The notes under the pieces: model-generated
What the model saw: the letters and a program-made list of their open reading frames with translations, nothing else
Told to the model about the DNA's origin: nothing
Database searches by the model: none
Shown here: positions 37,923-46,611 of the stretch, in pieces
Position numbering within the stretch: the stretch's first letter is position 1
Layout of the letters: the number at the start of each line of letters is the position of its first letter
Assembly (NCBI GenBank): GCA_033764615.1
Contig: JANRIU010000061.1
Location: 31,090 to 95,089 of the forward strand
DNA length: 64,000 nt
Direction: 5' to 3'
Source of the DNA: Gemmatimonadales bacterium
Lineage (GTDB): Bacteria; Gemmatimonadota; Gemmatimonadetes; Gemmatimonadales; GWC2-71-9
Made by a program: the position numbers and the translations under genes

Positions 37923-38984
37923 TCAGCGGGGCACGAAATCGGTGTCCGGCAGCAGCCGGGCGCAGAACTCCGCGAGCAGCTCCGCCGTGCGCGTCAGGTC
38001 CTCGAGCGCCATCATCTCGTTGGGGCTGTGCATGTACCGGTTCGGGACGCTCACGAGCCCGGTGGCGACGCCGCGGTGCGCGTTGAACACCGCCTCCGCG
38101 TCGGTGTGCGTGTCGCGCCCGATCGCCTCGATGGTGAACGGCATCCCCGCCCCCTCGGCGGCCTCGATCAGCGCGTCGCTCACGAGCGTGCTCACCGACG
38201 CACCGCGGGCGATCACCGGGCCCGAGCCGAGCTTGTGGTCGCCGTGCTTGCGCTTGTCGAGGCCGGGGTAGTCGGTCGCGTGGGTGACGTCGACGACGAT
38301 CGCCACCTGCGCGCCGGTGATCGCCGCCGAGGGGCGCGCGCCGCCGCCCGTCGCCGAGATCTCCTCGCGCGTGCTGGCGACGGCGGTGACGCACGGCTGC
38401 CGGATCGCGCGCGACTTGAGGATCCGCGTCGCCTCGAGCACGACCCAGGCGCCGATCCGGTTGTCGAGCGAGCGGCTGACGATGCGGCCGTTCGGGAAGT
38501 CGAGCACCTGGCTCGCGATCACGCCGGGGTCGCCGACGCGCACGCGCGACTCGGCCTCGCCCCGGTCCTTCGCGCCGATGTCGATCCACAGGTCGGTGAT
38601 GCGGGAGACCTTCGTCCGGTCGTCGGCGTCCATCAGGTGGATCGCCTTCTTGCCGATGACGCCGACCACGGGCCCGTCGCGCCCGAGCAGCTGGACGCGC
38701 TGGCCCACGAAGACCTGGCTGTCCCAGCCGCCGATCCCGTCGAACGAGAGGAAACCGTCCTCGTCGATGTGGCGGATGATGACGCCGATCTCGTCGATGT
38801 GGCCGATCAGGATCACCCGCGGCGTCCCCTGCGGATTGACGGTGGCGTAGCTGTTCCCCGACGCGTCGACATCGACGTGGTCGGCGAAGCGCGACGCCTC
38901 GCGGCGCCACACCCGTGCCGCCGGCGCCTCGAAGGCGGACGGGGCGGGGGTGTCGAGGAGGGTCTTGAGGAAGTCGAAGCTCAT
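37923..38984 (-). CDS. M42 family aminopeptidase (FrvX-like)
   Basis: MSFDFLKTLLDTPAPSAFE... and ILIGHIDEIGVIIRHIDEDGFLSF, typical of M42. Confidence 0.85.
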   Translation of the reverse strand: MSFDFLKTLLDTPAPSAFEAPAARVWRREASRFADHVDVDASGNSYATVNPQGTPRVILIGHIDEIGVIIRHIDEDGFLSFDGIGGWDSQVFVGQRVQLLGRDGPVVGVIGKKAIHLMDADDRTKVSRITDLWIDIGAKDRGEAESRVRVGDPGVIASQVLDFPNGRIVSRSLDNRIGAWVVLEATRILKSRAIRQPCVTAVASTREEISATGGGARPSAAITGAQVAIVVDVTHATDYPGLDKRKHGDHKLGSGPVIARGASVSTLVSDALIEAAEGAGMPFTIEAIGRDTHTDAEAVFNAHRGVATGLVSVPNRYMHSPNEMMALEDLTRTAELLAEFCARLLPDTDFVPR

Positions 38985-38987
38985 CGG

Positions 38988-39154
38988 AGGCGGACGGGCG
39001 GAAGGGCGGACGAGCGGACGGGCACCGTGGGCGGACGGGCGGACCGGCGGACTGACCGCGCGGCCCGGCCTCCGAAGCTAGCCTCCCGCCCCGATACAGT
39101 CCGCCCGTCCGCCGGTCCGCTCGTCCGCCCATGCAGCCCGTCCGCCCGTCCGCC
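38988..39154. repeat. Family A inverted repeat in a divergent promoter region
   Basis: G arm 38988-39054 and C arm 39099-39154, between the M42 start (38984) and the antiporter start (39166). Confidence 0.7.
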
Positions 39155-39165
39155 ATCTTCATCGG

Positions 39166-40764
39166 ATGCATCCCGAACTCCTCCAGCTCCTCCTCGCCGT
39201 CGGCATCGGTGCCACGGTGCTCGCGGTGAGCGCCCTGGCGCGGCGGCTGCCGGTGCCGGTGCCGATCCTCCAGCTGCTCGCGGGGCTCGCGCTCGGCTTC
39301 GTGCCGGGGCTCGCGGTACCGTCGCTCGACCCCGACGTGGTCTTCCTCGTCTTCCTCCCGCCCGTGCTCTGGGCGGCGGCGTACTTCACCTCGCTGCGCG
39401 ACTTCCGCCGGAACCTCCGCCCGATCGGCCTGCTCGCGATCGGGCTCGTCATCGTGACGACGGTCGCGGTGGCGGTCGCGGCGCGGGCGCTCTTCCCCGG
39501 CATGCCCTGGGCGGCGGCCGTGGCGCTCGGCGCCATCGTCTCGCCGCCGGATGCCGTCGCCGCCGAGGCGATCATCAAGCGGCTGCCGGTGCCGCACCGC
39601 GTCGTCACGGTGCTCGAGGGGGAGTCGCTCGTGAACGACGCCTCCGCGCTCACGCTCTACCGCACCGCGGTCGCGGCGGCGGTGACGGGCAGCTTCTCCG
39701 CCGGCGAGGCGACGGTGCGCTTCTTCATCGATGCGGGGGTCGGCGTGCTGGTGGGCGTCGCGGTCGGCTGGCTGCTCGTGGCCGTGAGCCGCCGCACCGA
39801 CGACACGCTCGCCGAGGTGCTGCTCACGCTGCTCGGGCCGTACCTCGCGTGGGTGATCGCCGAGCTGCTGCACGCGTCGGCGGTGCTCGCGGCGGTGGCG
39901 GGCGGGCTGTATGTGCGGCAGCACTTCAGCACGGTGGTGTCGGCGGCGTCGCGGCTGCAGGCGCGCGCGGTGTGGCAGATGCTCGTCTTCGTGCTGAACG
40001 CGCTGATCTTCCTGCTGCTTGGCCTCTCCGCGGGCGACCTCGTCCGCTCGCTCGAGCCCGGCACCGGGTCGCGCGTGCTCGGCGCGGGGCTCGCCATCAG
40101 TGCGGTCTGCATCGTGACGCGGCTCGCCTGGGTGCCGCTCGCGACGCTGCTGCCGCGCTGGCTCTCCCCGTCGCTCGCCCGGCGGGACCCGCTGCCGCCT
40201 GCGAAGCACACCTTCCTCGTCGCGTGGACGAGCATGCGCGGCATCGTCTCGCTCGCGTCGGCGCTCGCGCTGCCGCTCGCCCTCGCCGACGGGACGCCGT
40301 TCCCGTTCCGCACCGAGATCCTGCTCGTGACGATGCTGGTGATCCTGGTCACGCTGGTGGCGCAGGGGCTCACGCTCGCGCCGATCATCCGCGCGTTCGC
40401 GTTCCCGCCCGAGACGGCGCATCACGAGGAGGAGCGCGTGGCGCGCGCGGAGGCGGTGCGCCACGCGCTCGACCGGCTGGAGGACCTCCGGCACGAGCCG
40501 TGGGTGCATGCCGAGCACGTGGAGACGCTGGGCGCGCAGTACCGGCGCAAGGTGCAGGTCGTCTCCGAGCTCGCCCACACGGAGGGTGCCGCCGCCGAGG
40601 ACGCCGCCGCGCGCCGCCGCCTCCGCTGGGAGACGATCGACGCCGAGCGCCGCGCCCTCGTGCGCCTCCGGAACGAGGGCGTCATCGGCGACGAGGTCCT
40701 GCACGAGCTGGAGCGCGAGCTGGACGTGGAGGCGATGCGGATCGGGATGGGGGAGGCCCGATAG
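39166..40764 (+). CDS. CPA1-family Na+/H+ antiporter
   Basis: 532 aa, about 12 TM segments, with a C-terminal cytoplasmic helical domain. N-terminus MHPELLQLLLAVGIGATVLAVSALARRLPVPVPILQLLAG. Confidence 0.85.
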   Translation: MHPELLQLLLAVGIGATVLAVSALARRLPVPVPILQLLAGLALGFVPGLAVPSLDPDVVFLVFLPPVLWAAAYFTSLRDFRRNLRPIGLLAIGLVIVTTVAVAVAARALFPGMPWAAAVALGAIVSPPDAVAAEAIIKRLPVPHRVVTVLEGESLVNDASALTLYRTAVAAAVTGSFSAGEATVRFFIDAGVGVLVGVAVGWLLVAVSRRTDDTLAEVLLTLLGPYLAWVIAELLHASAVLAAVAGGLYVRQHFSTVVSAASRLQARAVWQMLVFVLNALIFLLLGLSAGDLVRSLEPGTGSRVLGAGLAISAVCIVTRLAWVPLATLLPRWLSPSLARRDPLPPAKHTFLVAWTSMRGIVSLASALALPLALADGTPFPFRTEILLVTMLVILVTLVAQGLTLAPIIRAFAFPPETAHHEEERVARAEAVRHALDRLEDLRHEPWVHAEHVETLGAQYRRKVQVVSELAHTEGAAAEDAAARRRLRWETIDAERRALVRLRNEGVIGDEVLHELERELDVEAMRIGMGEAR

Positions 40765-40866
40765 GCGGACGAGCGGACGGGCGGACTGGCGGACGGGCAT
40801 AGCGCTCCAGACGCCGCACCGGCGCGGGACCACCGTCCGCCCGTCCGCCTGACCGCCCGTCCGCCC
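40764..40866. repeat. Family A inverted repeat between convergent genes
   Basis: ggcggacgagcggacgggcggactggcggacgggc (40764-40798) faces gtccgcccgtccgcctgaccgcccgtccgccc (40845-40866). A further 8-bp hairpin agcgggcc/ggcccgct at 40871-40890 spans the Kir-like gene stop. Confidence 0.7.
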
Positions 40867-40879
40867 ACCGAGCGGGCCC

Positions 40880-41827
40880 TCAGGCCCGCTCGGTACGATC
40901 CAGCCGCTCCACGTCCACCGTCACCACGCCGTCCGGGGTGGGGACGAACATGTCGGCGAACTTCGCGTCGAAGCGCACGTCCTCGGCGCGGTAGCTGGTG
41001 CGGGCGTGCACCATCGTCGAGAACATCTCCTCCAGCCCCGTCACCAGCACGAAGAACTCCGTGTCGCCGTCGCGCAGGGTGTCGGGCGTGAGGTCGCGCA
41101 GCGGGCTCCGCTCGTCGAGCGGGTGGACGATCACCCAGTGGAGCGTGAAGAACTCCACCTTCGACCGCTCGAGCGCGAGGTTGTGGAAGCGGCGCACGCG
41201 CTGGCCGTCGAGCATCTCGAAGAGGCCGACGTTGAGCCGCACCTCGACGTCGATCATCTCGCTCGGGCGCGTGTTGATCATCCGGAACATCAGCGCCCGC
41301 CCGCCGCGGTACGGCGCCACCACCATCGAGAGGCTGAAGCGCACCTGCGCGCGCGGGCGCGTGAGCCGCGCGAGCATGAGCGCACCGAGCGTGACGAGCA
41401 CGAACACGCCCGCGAGCGTCTCCAGTGCCGCGACCCAGTGCGCGGTGAGCCCCACCGGATGCATCGCCCCCGTGCTGGCCGTGGTGAACGTGGCGATGGA
41501 GAAGAAGAGCGCGCGCAGGAACGGGTCGGCGAGCCCGGTCGCCTCGCCACCCGCGAGCGCCGCGGGGCCGAGCGCGATCCAGGCGAGGGCGAAGACGCCG
41601 TTCGCGAGGAGCAGCAGCGCCGCGACCCACGTGAGGAAGCGCGGCCACTCGGCGTCGAGCGCGCGCTGGTACGCGCGATGCCACGCCTGGCCCGCGAGGC
41701 CGATCTTCCGGCTGTTGACCGTGCCGTCACGGTTCAGGAGGCGCTGCCGCCGCGTGTTGGCGAGCACGCGGCCGAGGCCGAGGTCGCCGCGGTCCTCGCG
41801 GAGCTGGAGCGGGTCGTTCACCGCCAT
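40880..41827 (-). CDS. Inward-rectifier (KirBac-like) channel homologue with non-canonical filter
   Basis: It has a slide helix and 2 TM segments plus an Ig-like cytoplasmic domain (RPRAQVRFSLSMVVAPYRGGRALMFRM...). The pore region is FFSIATFTTASTGAMHP where Kir channels carry T-x-G-Y-G. Confidence 0.8.
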   Translation of the reverse strand: MAVNDPLQLREDRGDLGLGRVLANTRRQRLLNRDGTVNSRKIGLAGQAWHRAYQRALDAEWPRFLTWVAALLLLANGVFALAWIALGPAALAGGEATGLADPFLRALFFSIATFTTASTGAMHPVGLTAHWVAALETLAGVFVLVTLGALMLARLTRPRAQVRFSLSMVVAPYRGGRALMFRMINTRPSEMIDVEVRLNVGLFEMLDGQRVRRFHNLALERSKVEFFTLHWVIVHPLDERSPLRDLTPDTLRDGDTEFFVLVTGLEEMFSTMVHARTSYRAEDVRFDAKFADMFVPTPDGVVTVDVERLDRTERA

Positions 41828-42690
41828 CGCGCGAGACCCTCCTGGTCGGGGCCCCCCTCGAGCGCCGCGCGCAGCAGCCGCGCGCCGTGCGCGAGCCGGG
41901 GCCCGGGGCGGGACGTGTAGGCGTTGGCATCGACGATCCAGACCGGCGGCCCCTCGGGCAGCGTGCCGGCCGGGAGCCGGTCGAGCTCCTGCCGCGACCG
42001 CGCGACGTCGAAGCCGCACAGCATCACCACGATCACGTCCGGCGTGAGCGCCGCGAGCTCGGCCCAGGTGCGGCGCGCCGAGTGGTCGCCCGGCTGCGCG
42101 GCGACGTCGACGCCGCCGGCGGCATGCACCAGGTCGGGCACCCAGTGCCCCGCGGTGAACGGCGGGTCGACCCATTCGAGGCAGAGCACGCGCGGCCTCG
42201 GCCGCTTCCCCGAGAGCGCGAGCTGCTCGATCTCGCGGAGGAAGCGGTCGGCGGCGCGCGCGGCGCCGTCGGCGTGGCCCGTGGCGGCGCCGACGGCGCG
42301 GAGGTCGTCGGCGACGCCGGGGACGGTGCGGCCGCCCAGCACCAGCACCTTGGGCGGGCGCGGCAGCGCCGCCGCGAGCGCCTGCACGGCGCCGTCGCCG
42401 ACGGCGCAGACGTCGCAGAGCGCCTGCGTGATCACGAGGTCGGGGGCCAGCGCCTGCAGCTGCGCCGCGTCGACGCCGATCACCGCCCGGCCCGCGTCGC
42501 GCGCGGCGCGCACCTGCGCGTCGATCGCCCCGCTCGCCTGCGACGGGTCGATCGGCGTCACGGTCACGCGCGGCAGCGCCGCGACGCTGGCCGGATGGTC
42601 GCACTCGTGGGAGACGCCCACGAGCGATGCCTCCGCGCCGACCGCGCAGACCATCTCGGTGGCGCCGGGGAGGAGGGAGAGGATGCGCAT
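41818..42690 (-). CDS. BtuF/TroA-like periplasmic-binding-fold protein without signal peptide
   Basis: MRILSLLPGATEMVCAVGAEASLVGVSHECDHP is typical of cobalamin/siderophore-binding-type proteins. It overlaps the channel gene by 10 nt. Confidence 0.7.
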   Translation of the reverse strand: MRILSLLPGATEMVCAVGAEASLVGVSHECDHPASVAALPRVTVTPIDPSQASGAIDAQVRAARDAGRAVIGVDAAQLQALAPDLVITQALCDVCAVGDGAVQALAAALPRPPKVLVLGGRTVPGVADDLRAVGAATGHADGAARAADRFLREIEQLALSGKRPRPRVLCLEWVDPPFTAGHWVPDLVHAAGGVDVAAQPGDHSARRTWAELAALTPDVIVVMLCGFDVARSRQELDRLPAGTLPEGPPVWIVDANAYTSRPGPRLAHGARLLRAALEGGPDQEGLARWR

Positions 42691-42712
42691 TGGCGAAGCC
42701 TAAGGGCTTCGC

Positions 42713-42895
42713 AGGCGGACGAGCGGACGGGCGGACGGGCGGACTGGCGGACGGGGCTTCGCAGGCGGACGAGCGGACGGGCGGACTGGCGGACGAGGTC
42801 GCGCAGGGATAGTGTACCGAGCGGTAAAGAACAGTCCGCTCGTCCGCCCGACCGCCCGTCCGCCTCATGCGGTCCGCCCGACCGCCCGTCCGCCC
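42713..42895. repeat. Family A inverted repeat with duplicated arms
   Basis: The G side carries two copies of cttcgcaggcggacgagcggacgggcgga (about 42706 and 42757). The C side carries two copies of gtccgcccgaccgcccgtccgcc (42835-42895). It sits in the divergent region with the TetR gene. Confidence 0.7.
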
Positions 42896-42898
42896 AGG

Positions 42899-43486
42899 AT
42901 GCCCCGCCCCCGCCTCTTCCTCGAATCCGACGCCGTGGCCGCCGTGCTGGAGGTGTTCTGGCGCGACGGGTACGAGGGGGCGTCCGTGCAGGCGCTGTGC
43001 GAGGCGGCGGGGGTGCAGAAGGGGTCGCTGTACGCCGCGTTCGGCGACAAGCGGGCGCTCTTCCTGCGGGCCCTCGCGGCGTACCAGGCGACGATGCTGG
43101 ACGCGGTGCGGGCGCGGCTCGCGGGGGAGGCGCCGGCGGCGGAGCGGCTGGCGCGCTGGCTGGGCGGGGTGGTGCGCGGCCAGTGCGAGGCGGGGGAGCG
43201 GCGCGGCTGCCTGGTCGTGAACACCGCCATCGAGCTGGCCCCGCGCGATGCGGAGGTGGCCGCACTCGTCCGCGCGCACGACTCGGCGCTCGAGGCGGTG
43301 CTGCGCGAGGTGGTGCAGGCCGGCATTGCCGACGGCTCGCTCCGCGCCGGCCTCGACGCGCGACAGTCGGCGCGCTTCCTCCTCACCACGCTGCACGGCC
43401 TCGCGGTCGGCGCGCGCGCGGGGCACGGGCGCGCGTGGCTCGACGGCGGCGTCACCCTGGCGCTCGCGGCGCTGCGCGCCCCCTGA
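42899..43486 (+). CDS. TetR-family transcriptional regulator
   Basis: ATG 42899. HTH motif SVQALCEAAGVQKGSLYAAFGDKRALF. Confidence 0.8.
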   Translation: MPRPRLFLESDAVAAVLEVFWRDGYEGASVQALCEAAGVQKGSLYAAFGDKRALFLRALAAYQATMLDAVRARLAGEAPAAERLARWLGGVVRGQCEAGERRGCLVVNTAIELAPRDAEVAALVRAHDSALEAVLREVVQAGIADGSLRAGLDARQSARFLLTTLHGLAVGARAGHGRAWLDGGVTLALAALRAP

Positions 43487-43531
43487 TCCGACATCATCCC
43501 TCCCGACCCTCACACCCGAACGAGACCTGCC

Positions 43532-44434
43532 ATGCCTCCCATCGCCCTGCTCGGTGCCACCGGCAACGTCGGCTCCGTCATCGCCACCGCGCTGCTCGAC
43601 CGCGGGATCGCCGTGCGCGTCATCGGCCGGAGCGCCGAGAAGCTGCGCCCCTTCACCGACCGTGGCGCGGAGTTCCGCGCGTCGGACGTGAACGACCTCG
43701 GCGCGCTCGCGCGCGCGTTTGAGGGGGCGAGCGCCGCGTTCGCGCTGATGCCGCCCAACTACACCGCGCCCGACGCGCGCGCCTACATCGGCGGGACGGC
43801 GGCGGTGATCGCGCGCGCGCTCCGCATCGCGAAGGTGCCGCGCGCGGCGCTGCTCTCGTCGCTCGGCGCCGACCGCGAGGAGGGGAACGGCGTCGTGAGC
43901 GCGCTGTACGACGCGGAGGCCGCGTTCCGCGACGTGCCGGGGCTGCACCTCGCCATCCTGCGGCCGACGTTCTTCATGGAGAACCTGCTCTCGTCGATCG
44001 GCACTATCCGCGGGATGGGCGTGGCGGGCGGGCCGTGGTCGGCGACGCGGCCGGTGCCGATGGTGGCGACGCGCGACATCGGCGCGTACGCCGCGCGGCT
44101 GCTCGCGGAGGAGGCGTTCGAGGGGGTGACGGTGCACGAGATCCTCGGGCCGCGCGACTACACGCAGGTCGAGGCGGCGCGCATCGTGGGCGCGGCGATC
44201 GGGAAGCCGGAGCTCCAGTACGTGCAGTTCCCCGCCGCCGACGCGCAGGCGGCGATGGTGGGGATGGGGATGTCGCCGAGCATGGCGGCGGGGCTCGTGG
44301 AGCTGGCGACGGGGCACGAGGCGGGGAACCTGGTGAGCCTCGCGGGGCGGAGTGCCGCGAACACGACGCCGACGACGCTGGAGCAGTTCGCGGCGGAGGT
44401 GTTCGCGCCGGCGTTCCGCGGGGCGGGGGGGTGA
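43532..44434 (+). CDS. NmrA-like NAD(P)-binding protein
   Basis: Rossmann motif LLGATGNVGSVIATALLDRG. 300 aa. Confidence 0.8.
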   Translation: MPPIALLGATGNVGSVIATALLDRGIAVRVIGRSAEKLRPFTDRGAEFRASDVNDLGALARAFEGASAAFALMPPNYTAPDARAYIGGTAAVIARALRIAKVPRAALLSSLGADREEGNGVVSALYDAEAAFRDVPGLHLAILRPTFFMENLLSSIGTIRGMGVAGGPWSATRPVPMVATRDIGAYAARLLAEEAFEGVTVHEILGPRDYTQVEAARIVGAAIGKPELQYVQFPAADAQAAMVGMGMSPSMAAGLVELATGHEAGNLVSLAGRSAANTTPTTLEQFAAEVFAPAFRGAGG

Positions 44435-44484
44435 GGGCTGCTGGCGGCGGGTGAGCGCTGCTGGCGGGGGTGGGCACTACTCCT

Positions 44485-44940
44485 GTCATTGCGAGGCCGC
44501 GGAGCGGCCGAAGCAACCTTGTCCGTGTGCGCTGGGACGGCGCTGGTGCGCGACCCACCAGTGCGCTTGGAGAAGGTTGCTTCGCTCGCTGCGCGAGCTC
44601 GCAATGACAGATGGTTGAGCGCTGCGCGTGCGCAGCTCCCCCACCGCGCTGTCATTGCGAGGCCGCGGAGCGGCCGAAGCAACCTTGTTGGTGTGCGCTG
44701 GGACTGCGCTGGTTCGCGACCAACCGGTGCGCTTGGAGAAGGTTGCTTCGCTCGCTGCGCGAGCTCGCAATGACAGCTGGTTGAGCGCTGCGCGGGCGCA
44801 GCTCCCCCACCGCGCTGTCATTGCGAGGCCGCGGAGCGGTCGAAGCAACCTTGTTGGTGTGCGCTGGGACCGCGCTGGCACGCGACCCACCAGTGTGCTC
44901 GGAGAAGGTTGCTTCGCTCGCTGCGCGAGCTCGCAATGAC
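44485..44940. repeat. Family B: three tandem copies of a 124-bp inverted-repeat element, 166-bp period
   Basis: Elements lie at 44485-44608, 44651-44774 and 44817-44940. Left arm gtcattgcgaggccgcggagcggccgaagcaacctt. Right arm aaggttgcttcgctcgctgcgcgagctcgcaatgac. The 42-bp linkers are near-identical to each other. Confidence 0.9.
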
Positions 44941-44992
44941 GCTCGTCGGGCGCAGCGCGGGCGAGGACTCCGCCCGCACCCAGCGCTCGCCC

Positions 44993-46510
44993 TCAGGGCC
45001 GCCCCGCCTCCCCGCTTGCCCGCCGGCCCGCCTCCTTCGCCGGCACGCGCACGTCCGGCTCCACCCCACCCGACGGCTGATCCGCACCCCAGTCGTACGC
45101 GATGAGCGGCAGGTCCACCTCGAAGCCGGTGCCGGGCAGCCTCATGAAAAAGAGGTTGCCGCCGGTGTGCGCGCGGAGACTGCCGCCGGTCGGGTCGCCG
45201 ACGAGGGTGATGCCGGGGCGCCGGGCGAGGAGGCGCAGGAGGAGGTGCGACGCGGAGCTGTTCACGTAGCTCGTGAGCAGCGTGATGCGGCCGGTGAAGG
45301 CGTCGGGTGCGACGGGGATCGTCGCGGGCCAGTCGCCCTTCTCCCTGAGGTCGAAGGTGCCGTCGCCCTTCGGCGTCACGCGGCCGCGCCGGTCGTAGAA
45401 GCCGCGATCCCACGTCGAGAGCAGCGGCCGGAGCGCCGCGGGCACGGTGTCGTACACGGTGAAGCGGCGGAGCGGCGGCAGGGTCACCGGGGTGCGGATG
45501 AGGTGCTGCAGCAGCAGCGCGGCGCCCTCGTCGGAGCCCCCCTCGTTCTCGCGCAGGTCCACCACCAGGTGCGTCACGCCGTCCTGCCGGAGCGCGCGGA
45601 ACGTCCGCCGCACGAACGGCGCCCACTGGTCGCTCCCCTCGCCGTACTCGAAGCCGTCCACGCGCAGCAGCGCCGAGCCGTCGGGCAGGCGCGTGAGCTC
45701 GTACGCCGGCCGCACGGGCGGCACGGGCCGCGCCTCCGCCATGCGCTTCGCCGCCGGCATCGCCGCCACCGTCACGGTGCGCGTCTCCCCGCCGCGGCGC
45801 CGCGTGACCGTGTAGCGCCCCGCCTCCGGCGGATGAACCAGCGGCAGGAAGACGTCGATCGCCTCGTACTGCTTGCGGTGGCGGAAGTCGAGCAGCGCTC
45901 GGCGCTTGCCGTCGTTGTCGCCATCGGCGCGGAGGAGGGGGAGCAGCTCGCGCACGAGCGCGGCCGTGGCGACGCCGTTCACGGCGGTCACCGTGTCGCC
46001 CGGCAGGATGGCGAGCGAGTCTCCGGCGAGGAACGTCGCCGAGCGGGTCACGACCCAGACGTCGCCGGGGGCGAGGTCGTACTCGAACGGGAGCTTGTCG
46101 GCGCCGTCGGTGAGCCAGCGGTGCACGGCGGCGGGCTGGTTCCAGAAGCTGAGGTAGGTGTGCCCGCAGCGGAGCGACGCGACGAGCCGCGAGAACGCGA
46201 CGAACGCCTCCCCCGTCGGCCGCGGCACGCCGGCCCACGCGCGCGCTTCGGCGAGCGCGGCGCGCCACGAGGCGTCGGTGTGGTACCGGAAGAGGCCGGG
46301 GTGGAGCGCGCGGAACGCGGCGTCGATCCGGTCGAGGTCGGCCCGCATCGCCTCCGGGGTCAGGGGGGCCTGGCGGAGCGCCGCCACCGAGTCGGCCGGG
46401 AGCGGCGGCGGCGGGGCCGGCTTCTGGGCGGCGCACGGCCCGGTGGCGAGGGCGGCGGCGAGGGTGGCGCCCAGGGGGATGAGGGCGAGCAGCGGACGGC
46501 GGACGGGCAT
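44993..46510 (-). CDS. Secreted S41-family peptidase
   Basis: ATG 46510 gives MPVRRPLLALIPLGATLAAALATGPCAAQ. Motif VVDLRENEGGSDEGAALLL. Confidence 0.75.
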   Translation of the reverse strand: MPVRRPLLALIPLGATLAAALATGPCAAQKPAPPPPLPADSVAALRQAPLTPEAMRADLDRIDAAFRALHPGLFRYHTDASWRAALAEARAWAGVPRPTGEAFVAFSRLVASLRCGHTYLSFWNQPAAVHRWLTDGADKLPFEYDLAPGDVWVVTRSATFLAGDSLAILPGDTVTAVNGVATAALVRELLPLLRADGDNDGKRRALLDFRHRKQYEAIDVFLPLVHPPEAGRYTVTRRRGGETRTVTVAAMPAAKRMAEARPVPPVRPAYELTRLPDGSALLRVDGFEYGEGSDQWAPFVRRTFRALRQDGVTHLVVDLRENEGGSDEGAALLLQHLIRTPVTLPPLRRFTVYDTVPAALRPLLSTWDRGFYDRRGRVTPKGDGTFDLREKGDWPATIPVAPDAFTGRITLLTSYVNSSASHLLLRLLARRPGITLVGDPTGGSLRAHTGGNLFFMRLPGTGFEVDLPLIAYDWGADQPSGGVEPDVRVPAKEAGRRASGEAGRP

Positions 46511-46611
46511 GCGGTGCTCCGGTGAGCGGGACGGCGACACGGTACGGCGCCGAGGGGCTCGGCGGGTCGCAACGCATGGATTGATGGGGGTTTGCCGGAA
46601 GTCGGGACGTC

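Noticed and set aside
44352-44939. Track ORFs across the family B clusters (for example 44489..44773, 44628..44939, 47814..48167, 47830..48183) with recurring peptides such as VIARPRSGRSNL and CHCEAAERPKQPC.
   Set aside because: They are translations of the repeat in different frames and on both strands. They have no start or SD context and they are palindromic, so they are not genes.
44485-44940. A 166-bp periodic repeat (124-bp repeat plus 42-bp 'spacer') as a possible CRISPR-like array.
   Set aside because: The 42-bp linkers are almost identical to each other. The repeat is far longer than CRISPR repeats and is itself a long inverted repeat.
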